This document shows, in pieces, positions 10,616 to 21,637 of a stretch of 64,000 nt of DNA. The notes below the pieces were generated by a model. That model worked only from the letters and a program-made list of their open reading frames with translations, did no database searches and was not told the DNA's origin. Made by a program: the position numbers and the translations under genes. Numbering within the stretch: position 1 is the stretch's first letter; the number at the start of each line of letters is the position of its first letter. The stretch is from the NCBI GenBank assembly GCA_965214605.1, contig OZ243961.1, positions 1,280,001-1,344,000 of the forward strand. Reading direction: 5' to 3'. This DNA is from an uncultured Candidatus Binatia bacterium (GTDB taxonomy: Bacteria; Desulfobacterota; Binatia; Bin18).

Positions 10616-10765
10616 GCGTGCCCCTTTCTCAGTCCACCCTTTCCAGATCCTTGTCCTCACAGACTGAGGTCTCCATGAGCATAGCATACTCATCGGACGC
10701 CGGTATAGAGCTGTGGGAGAGCAGGACAGGCCCGCCATGGCTGCACGGACAAGGTTCAGAGATCG

Positions 10766-11332
10766 CTACGGCCGCAGCGGCATCTGTTCGCCGGGCGTGC
10801 CAGCACCCGTCGGCGGTATCCAGACTCCGTGCTGAATGAGTCCCAGGACGGCGGCGATAGACTCAGGACTAGCCCAATTGTTGTAGCCGATGTGGTGGTG
10901 CACAATCATGCCTTGGCGATCAATCAGAAAGGTTTCAGGATAGCCGGTCACCCCATATTTCTTACCAACTTCTCCACGTACGTCTAACAAGACCGGGAAG
11001 GTATAGCCGCCTTCGGTCAGATACGCTAACACCGTGTTCTGACCATCTACGTCTTGGCTGATAGCCAGCATCATAAAATCTTCACCCTGGAGCTGGCGGT
11101 AGAGCGTTTGCATGGTCGGCATTTCTTTCCGACACGGCGGACACCAGGTTGCCCACACATTGAGAAAAACGACCTTGCCCTTCAGCTGTGACAAACGCAC
11201 GACTTGGCCGTGGATGTCAGGCAACACAAAATCTTCGGCAACTTTCGGTAAATTCGACCCAGAGGGCATGAGGGTGAGCAGGACAAATCCACCTCCCAGC
11301 ACGACCAAGCCAAGGACGAGCCATTTTCTCAT
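10766..11332 (-). CDS. TlpA/ResA-family thiol-disulfide oxidoreductase
   Basis: N-terminal TM anchor, LNVWATWCPPCRKEMP, YGVTGYPETFLID. Start placed at ATG 11332. Confidence 0.9.
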   Translation of the reverse strand: MRKWLVLGLVVLGGGFVLLTLMPSGSNLPKVAEDFVLPDIHGQVVRLSQLKGKVVFLNVWATWCPPCRKEMPTMQTLYRQLQGEDFMMLAISQDVDGQNTVLAYLTEGGYTFPVLLDVRGEVGKKYGVTGYPETFLIDRQGMIVHHHIGYNNWASPESIAAVLGLIQHGVWIPPTGAGTPGEQMPLRP

Positions 11333-11343
11333 CCAGCATTCTC

Positions 11344-12102
11344 CTAGCGGGCGGCGCCAGCAGATCTGAGCAGCATACAGGCACCAAAGGCAACCAAGGG
11401 GATACTTATCACCTGGGCTAGAGAAAGTCCAAACAGTAATCCGGGGTTGATACGGACAAATTCCAGCCCAAAACGGGCCAGTCCGGCCAAAACCAAATAC
11501 CCCCAAAATAAGCTGCCGGGCCGATGGACGGTGCTGCGGCGCTGCCACAAAAAGATGAAGATGAGGCAATAGGCGACCAATTCGTAGAGGGGTGTGGGAT
11601 GAACGGCCACCCCCGGTGGATGTGGCCACCCGATAACCGCCTCGCTATACACCACGCCCCAGGGCAAATCGGTCGGGGGGCCCCAGTCGCCGTCGCCGGC
11701 CAGATGGCAGCCCATACGCCCAATACCGTGGCCCAACGCGATGGCCGGAGCAGTAATATCCATCGTCCGCAGCCAGGGCAGCTGATAGCGCCGGATACAC
11801 AGGCTCACCCCGGCAATGCCGCCTAGCAGACCACCGTACCAGATAAATCCGGCACCGGTGAGGATAAGAGCCCACGGATCGGCCACAAATACCGGCCAGG
11901 TATCGAGAATAAACAACAGGCGAGCGCCGACCAGACCGCCCGCGGCCGCCCACAGCACCAAACTCGAGGCTAGGTCTGGATCTCGGCCCTGGCGTTCTAA
12001 CTCCTTTCTGATCACCCAGCCCGCTACCACAAAGCTGAGCGCCATCATCACTCCATAGCTGTAAATGGTCACGGGTCCGAGGCTGAAGAGAATAGGATGC
12101 AT
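11344..12102 (-). CDS. lgt: Prolipoprotein diacylglyceryl transferase
   Basis: MHPILFSLGP, YSYG, GARL, WYGG, GIGRMGC, HPTPLYE, RFGLEFVR. Confidence 0.92.
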   Translation of the reverse strand: MHPILFSLGPVTIYSYGVMMALSFVVAGWVIRKELERQGRDPDLASSLVLWAAAGGLVGARLLFILDTWPVFVADPWALILTGAGFIWYGGLLGGIAGVSLCIRRYQLPWLRTMDITAPAIALGHGIGRMGCHLAGDGDWGPPTDLPWGVVYSEAVIGWPHPPGVAVHPTPLYELVAYCLIFIFLWQRRSTVHRPGSLFWGYLVLAGLARFGLEFVRINPGLLFGLSLAQVISIPLVAFGACMLLRSAGAAR

Positions 12103-12206
12103 AACCAAATCATAACCAATGGATCGGGGCGATACCAGGCTGGTGTGCTTGTCTCTTGGCTGGGAGTCGGCTAACACTAGGGCGAAGAAGACAGGCCAGG
12201 CATCGT

Positions 12207-12671
12207 ATGCGAGCGGTCATTCAACGGGTGAGTCAAGCCCAGGTTTCGGTAGAAGGGGAGTGCATCGGCCGGATTGAGCACGGTTTAGTCGTCCTATTGG
12301 GCATTCGGGGCGATGACACCCAAGCGCAGGCGGACTATTTAAGCGATAAAATCATCGGGCTGCGTATTTTTTCTGACCAGGCCGGAAAATTCAACCGCTC
12401 GCTGCTCGACGTTGGGGGCGAGTTGCTCATCGTATCGCAGTTCACTTTGTATGGAGATTGTCGCAAGGGCCGCCGGCCGTCGTTTATTTCCGCCGCCGGC
12501 GTTGAGATTGCTCGCCCCCTCTATGAGTATTTTGTTGAACGAGCCCGCAGTCGGAACATCCGGGTTGCCACCGGCCGCTTCCAGGCGAATATGGCGGTTC
12601 AGCTAGTGAACGACGGCCCGGTGACGATCATCCTAGATAGCGACGAGCGCCGGGCCAAGGCTGGCGGCTGA
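12207..12671 (+). CDS. dtd: D-aminoacyl-tRNA deacylase
   Basis: [35 protein letters not shown]. Confidence 0.96.
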   Translation: MRAVIQRVSQAQVSVEGECIGRIEHGLVVLLGIRGDDTQAQADYLSDKIIGLRIFSDQAGKFNRSLLDVGGELLIVSQFTLYGDCRKGRRPSFISAAGVEIARPLYEYFVERARSRNIRVATGRFQANMAVQLVNDGPVTIILDSDERRAKAGG

Positions 12672-12693
12672 CACGCTTATTTGTGAGGGGACT

Positions 12694-13173
12694 ATGCCAA
12701 AGGCTGGATTTTGGGCAATTGACGCCACCCGCAAGATTAGCTTTGGGAAAGACGGCTGGTGGTACGCCAATGACGAACGGATCGAAAACCGTCGCATTAA
12801 CCTGTTGTTCAGCCAACATCTGTGTCGGACTGAAGACGGCCGGTATCAAATTGTTCTGGGTCGGGACACCGCCATGGTTGAGATTGACGATACGCCCTAT
12901 GTTGTGACGGCGCTCGACGGCGATCTCAATCATGGCCTCAGAGTCCGCTTAAACGATACCAGCGAGGAAGCTCTTAGTCCGGACACGCTGTATATCGGAC
13001 CGGACAACGTGGTGTACTGCCGGGTCAAAGGACACGCCCACCTCGCCCGTTTCACCCGTCGGGCTTACTATCAGTTGGCGGCTTACATTCAGGAAGAGCC
13101 CGAGACAAGAGCGTTTGTCCTGCGCCTCAATGATGCCGCCTACCCCATCCCTTTCGTCGACGGCGGCCAATAG
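12694..13173 (+). CDS. DUF1285-like hypothetical protein
   Basis: GKDGWWY, VEIDDTPYVV, LARFTRRAYYQLA resemble DUF1285. Confidence 0.7.
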   Translation: MPKAGFWAIDATRKISFGKDGWWYANDERIENRRINLLFSQHLCRTEDGRYQIVLGRDTAMVEIDDTPYVVTALDGDLNHGLRVRLNDTSEEALSPDTLYIGPDNVVYCRVKGHAHLARFTRRAYYQLAAYIQEEPETRAFVLRLNDAAYPIPFVDGGQ

Positions 13174-13218
13174 TGTTGAGCCCTGGGCAGTCACGATTGG
13201 CCGCCGCCCCACACGCCT

Positions 13219-13671
13219 ATGCACATTGTCTTTGTTGAGCCCGAGATTCCGCCCAACAGCGGCACCACCGCACGTCTGTGTGCGGCGACAAACACGGGCT
13301 TTCATCTGGTCGGCCCCCTTGGCTTCTCTCTTGAAGACCGCTATCTCAAGCGGGCGGGCTTAGACTACTGGCCGTATGTCGAGGTGCAGACGTATACGGA
13401 GTGGAACGAATTTCTCCAGCATCGGCCCGCCGGACGGCTGTTGGCTTTCTCGGCCCGGGCGAGCGAGCCCTACACCCGGGTCAGCTATCGACCCGACGAT
13501 CTGCTAGTTTTTGGCAGTGAGACGCGCGGGCTGCCGGAATCTATTCGGACTGAGCTCGCCCAGTCTCTGTATACGATTCCAATGCCCGGCCAACACGTCC
13601 GCAGTCTGAATCTGTCCAACGCTGCGGCGATCGTGCTGTATGAGGCCCTCCGGCAGTTCGGCCAGGCATAG
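13219..13671 (+). CDS. trmL: tRNA (cytidine34-2'-O)-methyltransferase, SPOUT family
   Basis: PEIPPNSG, LKRAGLDYW, FGSETRGLP, RSLNLSNA. Confidence 0.95.
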   Translation: MHIVFVEPEIPPNSGTTARLCAATNTGFHLVGPLGFSLEDRYLKRAGLDYWPYVEVQTYTEWNEFLQHRPAGRLLAFSARASEPYTRVSYRPDDLLVFGSETRGLPESIRTELAQSLYTIPMPGQHVRSLNLSNAAAIVLYEALRQFGQA

Positions 13672-13674
13672 CAT

Positions 13675-14700
13675 AGATGAGGGTGCGCCCGCCGAGGTGA
13701 CAAACCCGATTTTTATCGCGTTTGACGCCACGCCGGCCGATCAAGCCTTGATGGCAACTCGGATTAACACCCGCGGGAAGACCCCCTGCTACCACAACAA
13801 CGCCGGCATTGCCTCGGCCTTTGCCCGGCCGGCCTATGGCAAGCTTGAGACTGACGGCGTGCCAGCCCAGATCCCCCTTATACACGGTGGCCGGCCCGTC
13901 CCGGCAAGGCTTCCGACAGCCTGAATTCTATGGACTGTGACTGTAGTGAGCATTGCCGCCTCGGGCATAGAGATGTCATTTTCTTCAAACACGGGTATGG
14001 CCGACTACCTGCTCATTGCCCACAAACACCGTCAAGCCAAGTCAGACGCTGCGCCCGAAACGGCCCGCTTCATCTCCCTCAAACACCGCTCGCAGGGCTT
14101 CGCCTGCGCCGGTGAACTCTCCAGAAGCATCTCCGCCGCCATCATCCGGCGTTTTGAGGACAGCCCCTGCGGTGACACACGCCTGACGATCGGAGATGAA
14201 CCGGTTAAGGAGATGTTGACCGCTCCATGCCTCACCACCGATGGTGGGCAGTGGGGAACAGTTCGGCGGTTGGATTCTGTGCGTAAACCGCCTACGCCCT
14301 TGCTCACTCGCAGCTCTGGCTGCCGTCCACTACCCTATATCACTCCAACTCCCAACCGCTCGCCGTTGTTATCACTGAGGAGGCAAGCGTAGGCGGTCGA
14401 GCATAACAGCACCTCAGTGTTGGCGACACACGTTTTGCTCCTACCTTTAGGGCAGCTCGGCACTCGGCCTGCAGTCCCATGAGTGGAAGCCAATCGTCAA
14501 CATGCCGGACGTGGGACAACACCGATACGAGCAGCGGAGACCCCGCCCGTCCTATACTTCCGCGCCTGCTCGACCGCCGCGTCGTGTGTAACCTGAGCGG
14601 TTTTACCGATCACCTTTGCACTAAGGACGCGCAGCGTTGGCCGATAAGCCCACAGACAGCTCTGACGCTCGGCCAAGGCGGCTCCAGAGGCGCCTTGGCC
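13675..14700 (+). pseudogene. Decayed fragment of a large N6-adenine DNA methyltransferase / type IIG RM-like gene
   Basis: Colinear protein-like pieces in shifting frames: EGAPAEVTNPIFIAFDATPADQALMATRINT..CYHNNAGIASAFA..YGKLETDGV; MSFSSNTGMADYLLIAHK; NSQPLAVVITEEASVGGRA*(TAA 14404-14406); RLLDRRVVCNL. Resemblance to the C-terminal half of this family is from memory. No start or NPPF motif remains. Confidence 0.6.
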
Positions 14701-15497
14701 TGATCCCCAACCGCTCTATGGAGCGATTTTTCGCAGGTGGAATCGGCTCCGTCCTCGACCTAGTCAACGAAGACCATATCGCCACAGCCCTTGAACTGGC
14801 TGGCGAGGACCCCAAGACCAACGAGCACTATAGGCTGTCCTACAGCGTTAGGTATCGCATTCGGTCTGTCGACGTTCTATAAGGCACTCTCTAGACAGAT
14901 TGCCTAGCTGTGGTTGCTGGCTTTGGGGCTACGGTGTTCGGCATGAGCGGGAGGAGTAGCCATGAATGAGCCTTTCACGGACCCCCATTCGGACAAAGCT
15001 GGTGAACGCCTTTCGGACTCCCCACCGTGTAGTTGTTCTCCGGGGGGCATTGCCAGACGGACCAGCCTCTTCCTGGAGGAAGTGTAACCCTAATATCTGT
15101 CCATCCGTAGATACTTTTTCGAGCGCACGGCACTCTGATCTATATTTAATAACCTCACGTCAATGTCCCCCCACAGGCAACCTTTCGGCCGGCATCCACG
15201 AACCGGCTCAAAAACCGCCGGTTGCGGGCCATAAGAAGGCCGCCGGCCAGGCGAGGATAGCCAGGCCCGGCGAGCACGCACAGGCTGACCGGCCGGCCGC
15301 CAGCGTCTCGCCGGCTGGCGTAATCACAGGCCCGTCTGCAGCGCTGCGCCAGCTCATCTGTCATGGGCGGCCGTGGGGCGTCCGGGTAGGCTACCGCGCG
15401 GATGGCATCAGCCCTATCGTGTCGCTTGACCCAAGCGGCACGGCGGCGGCAGAAGCCTCATGTCCCGTCCCACAGCAGCCAGTAATCGGCACAGCGA

Positions 15498-16004
15498 TCA
15501 GCGGTCAGCGGTCTCCGCAAGCAGGTCCATCCGCTTGAGCTCAGCCAAGATATTGGCCCGGTGGCTCGCCGCCCAATAAATTCGCTTGCACCTGGGACAA
15601 CGACGAAAGGCAGATTGGGTAGACCACACATAGTTCGGGACAAGAGTCTGGACTTCAGCCTTGGGGACCGCCTGCAGGGCTTGATTACATTCCACACAGC
15701 GGCTCAATAAGGCACCCGTGACGTCGAGCTGGAGCGTCTCAACAACCTGTTTGAGCTGCTGCCGAAAATGGTCGGGCTCAATAAAGACGCAGGCTGAAAC
15801 GCCTTTGGCACGGAGAAGACGGGTATTGCGCGTCAGGATCATGCGTCCTTGGCGCCGGCCTGCGTCGAGCAGGCCAGCCGGTGTCAGTTGCGGCAAATAG
15901 AGTGTGTCATAGCCTAAGATGCGGAGCCAGCGGGCGAGTTTACCGACCGTGCGATCAGCCAGAAATTGTATAGACTGAGGAGAGTGACGTGGAAGATGCG
16001 ACAT
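15498..16004 (-). CDS. Mut7-C RNase domain protein (PIN-like + Zn ribbon)
   Basis: FLADRTVGKLARWLRILGYDT, ILTRN, SRCVECN, RCPRCKRIYWAASH. Confidence 0.9.
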   Translation of the reverse strand: MSHLPRHSPQSIQFLADRTVGKLARWLRILGYDTLYLPQLTPAGLLDAGRRQGRMILTRNTRLLRAKGVSACVFIEPDHFRQQLKQVVETLQLDVTGALLSRCVECNQALQAVPKAEVQTLVPNYVWSTQSAFRRCPRCKRIYWAASHRANILAELKRMDLLAETADR

Positions 16005-16171
16005 AATACCGACCGAAAGGCCGACCAACAGCCCGACAGATGTTCGGGTTTCAGACTAGGCGAACAGCCACGAGCTGACAAGCGTCAGCGTCCTTTTTAT
16101 GAGGGCGCTGATCGTGCTAAACGCAACGCAAAACGTAGGGGGAAAAGCATCGGGCCCACCAAGGAGAATTT

Positions 16172-16813
16172 ATGGAAGAGCATATTACGTTTCCAGTTGG
16201 GACTATCAGCCTCGAAGGACTCTTCTCATCACCGTCCACCGCCCCGTCTATCGGCGCGGTGATCTGTCACCCACACCCACAGTACGGCGGAGAGATGCGC
16301 AATAATGTTGTCTCTACGTTGACCCTCGCCTTTCAGGAAGCCGGAATCGCCACCCTACGCTTTAATTTTCGCGGGGTGGGACAGAGCGGCGGCAGCCACG
16401 GTGAGGGAGAGGCTGAAATCGAAGACGTCAAGGCGGCCGTCACCGATCTGCTCAAACGTCAACCGGTGTCTACGGTTGTCGTTGCCGGTTATTCATTCGG
16501 CTCGGTCGTCGGGCTGCGGGCGGGAGCTGAGGATGAGCGGGTGCATACGCTTATCGGCGTGGCCTTACCGATCGGCTTTCGTGACCCGTCGTTTCTGCTG
16601 ACAGCCAAGAAGCCAACACTCCTGGTCAGCGGGGATAATGATAATTTCTCCCCTATCTCCGGACTGCAAGAACTGGTCGAAAAAATGTCCGACCCAAAAA
16701 AGCTGGTAGTGCTAGCTGAGGTTGACCATTTTTTCTGGGGACAGGAAAGCGCGGTTGCCCGGGCCGCGGTAGAGTTTTTACGGCAGCAGGAAAAGTCAGG
16801 AGCCCGTGCCTGA
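16172..16813 (+). CDS. Alpha/beta hydrolase
   Basis: CHPHPQYGGEMRNNVV, RFNFRGVG, GYSFGS nucleophile elbow, DHFF; RBS AAGGAG. Confidence 0.92.
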   Translation: MEEHITFPVGTISLEGLFSSPSTAPSIGAVICHPHPQYGGEMRNNVVSTLTLAFQEAGIATLRFNFRGVGQSGGSHGEGEAEIEDVKAAVTDLLKRQPVSTVVVAGYSFGSVVGLRAGAEDERVHTLIGVALPIGFRDPSFLLTAKKPTLLVSGDNDNFSPISGLQELVEKMSDPKKLVVLAEVDHFFWGQESAVARAAVEFLRQQEKSGARA

Positions 16814-17983
16814 CCACGACAGACTGAGCCGAGAGTGCGAGGAGAAAAGATCAGGGCTCTTCAACCGCCCGGCGGTAGGGATGACGTCTTCATGAGACAG
16901 GACGAGGCGGAAAGAAGCGGGCGGATGGACCGCTAGCTCAAGCAGGGCACTGACACCACGGAACGGATCCGCCGCTCTCTCGGCCGCCTGGGCCATTGCC
17001 GTCAGTGCACTTGGCAGATCTTTCCCCGCCCGGCCGGTCTGCTGGTAGACCTGCTCAAAAAGCCCCAGCTCTCGCCTATAGACGAGCTGATTGAGCAGTA
17101 TAGCGTTGTTGAGTTTGCCCGAGGCAAGCCCGGCCATGGGGTGAGTCGGTCCGGCTAGCGCCCGATACTCGGCTTGGAGTTCGGCAAACAAGGCTTCCCG
17201 TTGGCTGAGCTTGTCGGACTCGGGAAGAGACGAAGTGTACAGCGCGACCAAACGCTCGGTCGCCTGGGCCAAAAACTCGGACAGCCGCAGCTCCCACCGC
17301 CAACGCGCTTCGGCCTGGCGGGTGAGCGCGGCACGTTGGCCGCGTTCCTGGGCAAAAAAGACAATTGCAGCCCGATGCCCGGCAAAATTGGCCAGGGATT
17401 CGTTAAACGCCGTGTGTCCGGCTAGATAGAACGTACTGTGGAACAATTCGTGAAAAATCACATTGACCAGCGTTGCCGCATCATAGTCCAGCAGATGCGG
17501 CAACAGCGGATCGTCAAACCAGCCCAGGGTACTAAAGGCCGACGCTTTGCGGATAGCGGTATCGTAGCCTTGGGCTTCGAGGCTGCGCGCGTCTGCCAGG
17601 GCCAACCTTTGATTGAAATAGCCCTTGTAGGCCACACGGCCGATAATCGGGAACCACCACGTATACGGCTCAAGACGAGTCCGCGGGGCCGCAGTCAGCA
17701 CATGGACGATCGGCGGGCGGCTGACTTCGGTCAGGCTGGCGTAGCTACCGCCAACGTTGAAACCTAATTCACGTTCGGCAAAGGCACGGACACGCAAGAC
17801 GAGTTGCAGCTTGTGACGCGTGGCAGGAGCAAGATCGGACCGTCGTAAGATGTCGCTGATAGGACGGCGATGCCAGAGAATTTTAGCCTCTTCATAGCCG
17901 ACCCTGAGGACATAGACCGGCGAGCAGGCAGACAGCAGCGTCAGGCATACGAGCCAGCCCCACTCCGGGCCCATACGCTTCAT
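16796..17983 (-). CDS. Putative zinc aminopeptidase lipoprotein (DUF2265-like)
   Basis: Lipobox LSAC, WWFPIIGRVAYKGYF, AFSTLGWFDDP, IFHELFH (HExxH), FNESLA. Confidence 0.85.
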   Translation of the reverse strand: MKRMGPEWGWLVCLTLLSACSPVYVLRVGYEEAKILWHRRPISDILRRSDLAPATRHKLQLVLRVRAFAERELGFNVGGSYASLTEVSRPPIVHVLTAAPRTRLEPYTWWFPIIGRVAYKGYFNQRLALADARSLEAQGYDTAIRKASAFSTLGWFDDPLLPHLLDYDAATLVNVIFHELFHSTFYLAGHTAFNESLANFAGHRAAIVFFAQERGQRAALTRQAEARWRWELRLSEFLAQATERLVALYTSSLPESDKLSQREALFAELQAEYRALAGPTHPMAGLASGKLNNAILLNQLVYRRELGLFEQVYQQTGRAGKDLPSALTAMAQAAERAADPFRGVSALLELAVHPPASFRLVLSHEDVIPTAGRLKSPDLFSSHSRLSLSWSGTGS

Positions 17984-19818
17984 TCTGTCTCCCTACCAGA
18001 CAGCCCGTCGCTCTCAGCCGAACGCACCGGCTGAGGAAACCGCCCGTCGGGCTCTTTGCCTGTGTACTGCAGCTGGTACAGACGCCAATAGATCCCACGG
18101 ATCTGAATCAGTTCCTGATGGCTGCCCATCTCGCGCAACTGGCCCTTGTGCATGACTAGGATACGGTCAACGTTTTGAATGGTAGAAAAGCGATGGGCAA
18201 CCACCAGGGTGGTCCGGCCTTCCATCAGCCTGGTCAGAGCGTCTTTAATGAGGAGCTCGGTCTCTGGATCAACACTCGACGTCGCTTCGTCCATGACCAA
18301 GATAGCCGGATCGTAGGCTAGGGCTCGGGCAAAGGACAACAGCTGGCGCTGGCCAGCGGACAGATTGGAGCCGCGTTCGTACAATTGTTCGGCATAGCCC
18401 TTGGGCAGTTGGCGGATAAAGCTGTCGGCATGCACCGCTTGCGCAGCCCGCTCTAGGGCTGCCGGCGAAATATCGGCCCGTCCCAGGCTGATGTTGGTAG
18501 CGATATCTCCAACAAAGAGAAACACATCCTGGAGAACCGTGCCGATGTGCCGCCGCAAGACCTTAAGATCCCACTCCCGGACATCGACTCCATCGATCAA
18601 AATCCGTCCCCGTTGGACGTCGTAAAAGCGACTGAGCAGCTTGCTCATCGTTGTTTTACCCGCACCGGTCGCGCCGACAAGGGCGATTCTTTCACCGGGT
18701 TCGAGCGTAAAAGAGATATCCCGCAGGACCCAGTCTTCATTGTTATAGGCAAACCAGACGTGGTCAAACACAATCTGGCCCCGGACCCGCTGAGGTCGGT
18801 GGGGAGTGTCAGGAGAGGTGATTGTCACCGATGTATCTAAGAGTTGGAACACCCGCTCAATAGCGCTCAGGGCAGACTGTAGGGTCGTATACTTGCTACT
18901 GAACTCCCGCATCGGCACAAAGAGTTTTTGTATATAGTCGACAAAGGCAACCAGAGTGCCCAGGGCGACAACCCCACTGCCGACCTGCCCCGCGCCGTAC
19001 CACAACATCAGCGCAATCGAGATTGAGCTGGCCGCCTCTACCACCGAGAAGAGGGTGGCATCGTAGATGTTTGAGAGATGGTTGGCGTCGCGGTGGTCAC
19101 GGTTGCGCTGCTCAAATTCGACAAACAGCTTTTTTTCCTGGGCAAAGAGGTGGGCCACCATAATACCGGAAATCGTTTCTTGTAAAAAAGAGTTAATCCG
19201 AGCCAGCCGTTCCCGAATCGTCCGATAGTTCTGCCGGGTCCGGATCCGAAAGAAATTCAGGACCAACAGCAGCGGCGGCACTAAAAGCAACGCTATCACA
19301 GCCAGCTGCAGATCAAGCATCAGCATAATGGTGACGATCCCGACCATGGTCAGCACATCCATAAAGATGGTCAGCGTGCCAGCAGAGAAGGCTTCGTTGA
19401 TGGCGTCCACATCGGTCGTCAGGCGGGTGACGAGGCGGCCGACCGGGGTGCGTTCAAAAAAGCGAGCGGGCAGCTCCTGCAGATGGGCGAATAGGTCGCG
19501 GCGAAGATCGGCCAGACTGCTTTGAGCCATGAGCATGGTGGCGTGAAACTGGATATAGAAGAAAATGAACTCACCGACCAGGGCGCCGGCAAACAACAGC
19601 CCGGCCAGAGCCAAGCCTTCGGAGTTGCCCTGAGTCATATATTGATCGACGGCGAGTTTCAGGAGGTAGGGTTGGGCTAACACAAAGGCGGAGGTCAGTG
19701 GTAAGCAAACTAAGGCCAGGATAAACCGCGCCCGGTAGGGACGGACGTAGTACCACAAACGCCGGAGCAGGGTCAGGTCGTATGTTCTGCCCAGTTCTTC
19801 TTCGCGCTGCACATCCAT
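17980..19818 (-). CDS. ABC exporter, fused TMD-NBD subunit B (MdlB/YheH-like)
   Basis: GATGAGKTT, LSAGQRQL, ILVMDEATSSVD, VAHR. Confidence 0.92.
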   Translation of the reverse strand: MDVQREEELGRTYDLTLLRRLWYYVRPYRARFILALVCLPLTSAFVLAQPYLLKLAVDQYMTQGNSEGLALAGLLFAGALVGEFIFFYIQFHATMLMAQSSLADLRRDLFAHLQELPARFFERTPVGRLVTRLTTDVDAINEAFSAGTLTIFMDVLTMVGIVTIMLMLDLQLAVIALLLVPPLLLVLNFFRIRTRQNYRTIRERLARINSFLQETISGIMVAHLFAQEKKLFVEFEQRNRDHRDANHLSNIYDATLFSVVEAASSISIALMLWYGAGQVGSGVVALGTLVAFVDYIQKLFVPMREFSSKYTTLQSALSAIERVFQLLDTSVTITSPDTPHRPQRVRGQIVFDHVWFAYNNEDWVLRDISFTLEPGERIALVGATGAGKTTMSKLLSRFYDVQRGRILIDGVDVREWDLKVLRRHIGTVLQDVFLFVGDIATNISLGRADISPAALERAAQAVHADSFIRQLPKGYAEQLYERGSNLSAGQRQLLSFARALAYDPAILVMDEATSSVDPETELLIKDALTRLMEGRTTLVVAHRFSTIQNVDRILVMHKGQLREMGSHQELIQIRGIYWRLYQLQYTGKEPDGRFPQPVRSAESDGLSGRETE

Positions 19819-21557
19819 CAGAGTTCTGCCAGTTCCTGTTCGAGTGTCTGCTGCTGAAAGAGTTCGGCGTAGAGGCCGCCTCGGGCAACTAAGTCTTTGT
19901 GCGAGCCCGTCTCAACAATACGTCCGTCGTCGAGCACAACAATTAGGTCGGCATGACGGACCGCAGAGATACGGTGCGAAATCATAATGACCGTCTTGTC
20001 CCGCGTTGAGTCACGCAACGCGCGCAGGATGGCCCCTTCAGTCCGGGTATCAACACTCGACAGCGCATCGTCGAGGACTAGGATCGGAGGATCAGCCATC
20101 AGGGCCCGGGCTAGGGTCGCGCGTTGTTTTTGGCCGCCGGACAACGTGATCCCGCGCTCCCCAACAATCGTATCATAGCCCTTGGGTAGGGCTTCAATCT
20201 CGTGACCGATGCTCGCCACCTCGGCCGCCCACTCGACCTGATCAAGGTCAACCGTTGGCAGGCCAAAGGCGATATTGTCTTTAATGCGAGTCGAAAACAG
20301 AAACGGATCTTGGGGAACAAAGCCGATACAGCGACGCAAAGCCGCCAGAGAAAACGTCCGAATATCTCTGCCGTCAATACGAATCGACCCGTTGCTGACG
20401 TCGAACAGACGCGGCAGCAGATGTACCAGGGTACTTTTTCCCGAACCCATCCGACCGACCAGAGCGACTGTGGACCCGGCCGATACGGTGAAGGTGATAT
20501 CGTGCAGCACTTGACGGCCGTTGTCAGGAGTGTGATAGGCAAAGTCAACATGATGAAAGTCAATGTCCCCTCTGAGCGCCTGACTCACTCTCTCATCAGA
20601 GCCGTCAACAATCGCGGGCTGCACGCAAAAGATACCATCGAGGCGCTGCAGAGCGGCCCTTCCCCGCTGCAAAATAGACACCAACCAGCCCAAGGCCATG
20701 GTCGGCCAGGCCAACAGGTGTAAATAGCCCATGAAAGCGACTAAATCGCCCAGGCTCAATCGGCCAGCGATGACTTGGGCCCCGCCGTACCACAGGATGA
20801 CCAACAGGCCGAGTCCGGACACGCTTTTCATCAGCGGCGGAAACAGTCCTCGTACCCGAGCCAGGGCGATACTGTCCGCCTTAAAGCGGGCGTTCAATTT
20901 GGCAAACTCCTCGTTCTGCCAGTCCTCACGGACATAGGCGCGCACAACGTGAATACCGCTGGCACCTTCCTGGACCCGGGTCGAGAGATCAGCCAAGCCT
21001 TCTTGGACACGCAGGGTCCGGACCATGATCTGACGGCTCATCACCCGAACAAAGATGATCATCAGTGGGTAAGGAGCCAGGGCCGCCAAGGTCAGGCCAG
21101 GGTCCATGGCAACCATAGCCGAGATGCCGTACACGTAGTACACGGGGGTGTTCAGCACATTCAGAATCCCCAGCCCCAGCAGCAGACGGACCGCATTCAC
21201 GTCGTTCACAAAACGTGACATCAGATCACCGGTAAAGTTGCGCTGGTAGTAACGTAAAGACAGCTTCTGTACGTGCGCGAACAGATCGTTACGCAGCTCA
21301 TACTCAATGTCGCGGCCGACATTAAAGATCAGGAAACGAGAAAAGGCGCGGACTACGCTCAGAATCAGAGCCACGCTGATAACAGCGGCAACCGACAGGC
21401 TAATGTCAAAAAAGGGGAGCCCCTGCTCAATGCCTTCAACCGTGCGTTTGAGCAAGAGCGGAATGGACATCGCCAAGCTAGCGGTGACCAATAGGCAGAG
21501 GATACCGCGCAGATACCGGTAGCGGTAACGAAAAATATAAGTCCAAAGACGATGCAT
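19818..21557 (-). CDS. ABC exporter, fused TMD-NBD subunit A (MdlA/YheI-like, degenerate Walker B)
   Basis: GRMGSGKST, LSGGQKQR, ILVLDDALSSVD; translationally coupled to subunit B. Confidence 0.92.
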   Translation of the reverse strand: MHRLWTYIFRYRYRYLRGILCLLVTASLAMSIPLLLKRTVEGIEQGLPFFDISLSVAAVISVALILSVVRAFSRFLIFNVGRDIEYELRNDLFAHVQKLSLRYYQRNFTGDLMSRFVNDVNAVRLLLGLGILNVLNTPVYYVYGISAMVAMDPGLTLAALAPYPLMIIFVRVMSRQIMVRTLRVQEGLADLSTRVQEGASGIHVVRAYVREDWQNEEFAKLNARFKADSIALARVRGLFPPLMKSVSGLGLLVILWYGGAQVIAGRLSLGDLVAFMGYLHLLAWPTMALGWLVSILQRGRAALQRLDGIFCVQPAIVDGSDERVSQALRGDIDFHHVDFAYHTPDNGRQVLHDITFTVSAGSTVALVGRMGSGKSTLVHLLPRLFDVSNGSIRIDGRDIRTFSLAALRRCIGFVPQDPFLFSTRIKDNIAFGLPTVDLDQVEWAAEVASIGHEIEALPKGYDTIVGERGITLSGGQKQRATLARALMADPPILVLDDALSSVDTRTEGAILRALRDSTRDKTVIMISHRISAVRHADLIVVLDDGRIVETGSHKDLVARGGLYAELFQQQTLEQELAEL

Positions 21558-21637
21558 GGCAGACTTGCCTCACCATAGCGACGTGCACTAGGAGCGGCAA
21601 GAGGACAAAGACGGGGGGTCGTGGCCGGCGACTTTCT

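Noticed and set aside
14966-15538. 190-aa plus-strand ORF and overlapping small minus-strand ORFs
   Set aside because: Pro/Ala-rich with no motifs and inside the decayed zone; no ncRNA or riboswitch signature recognised either.
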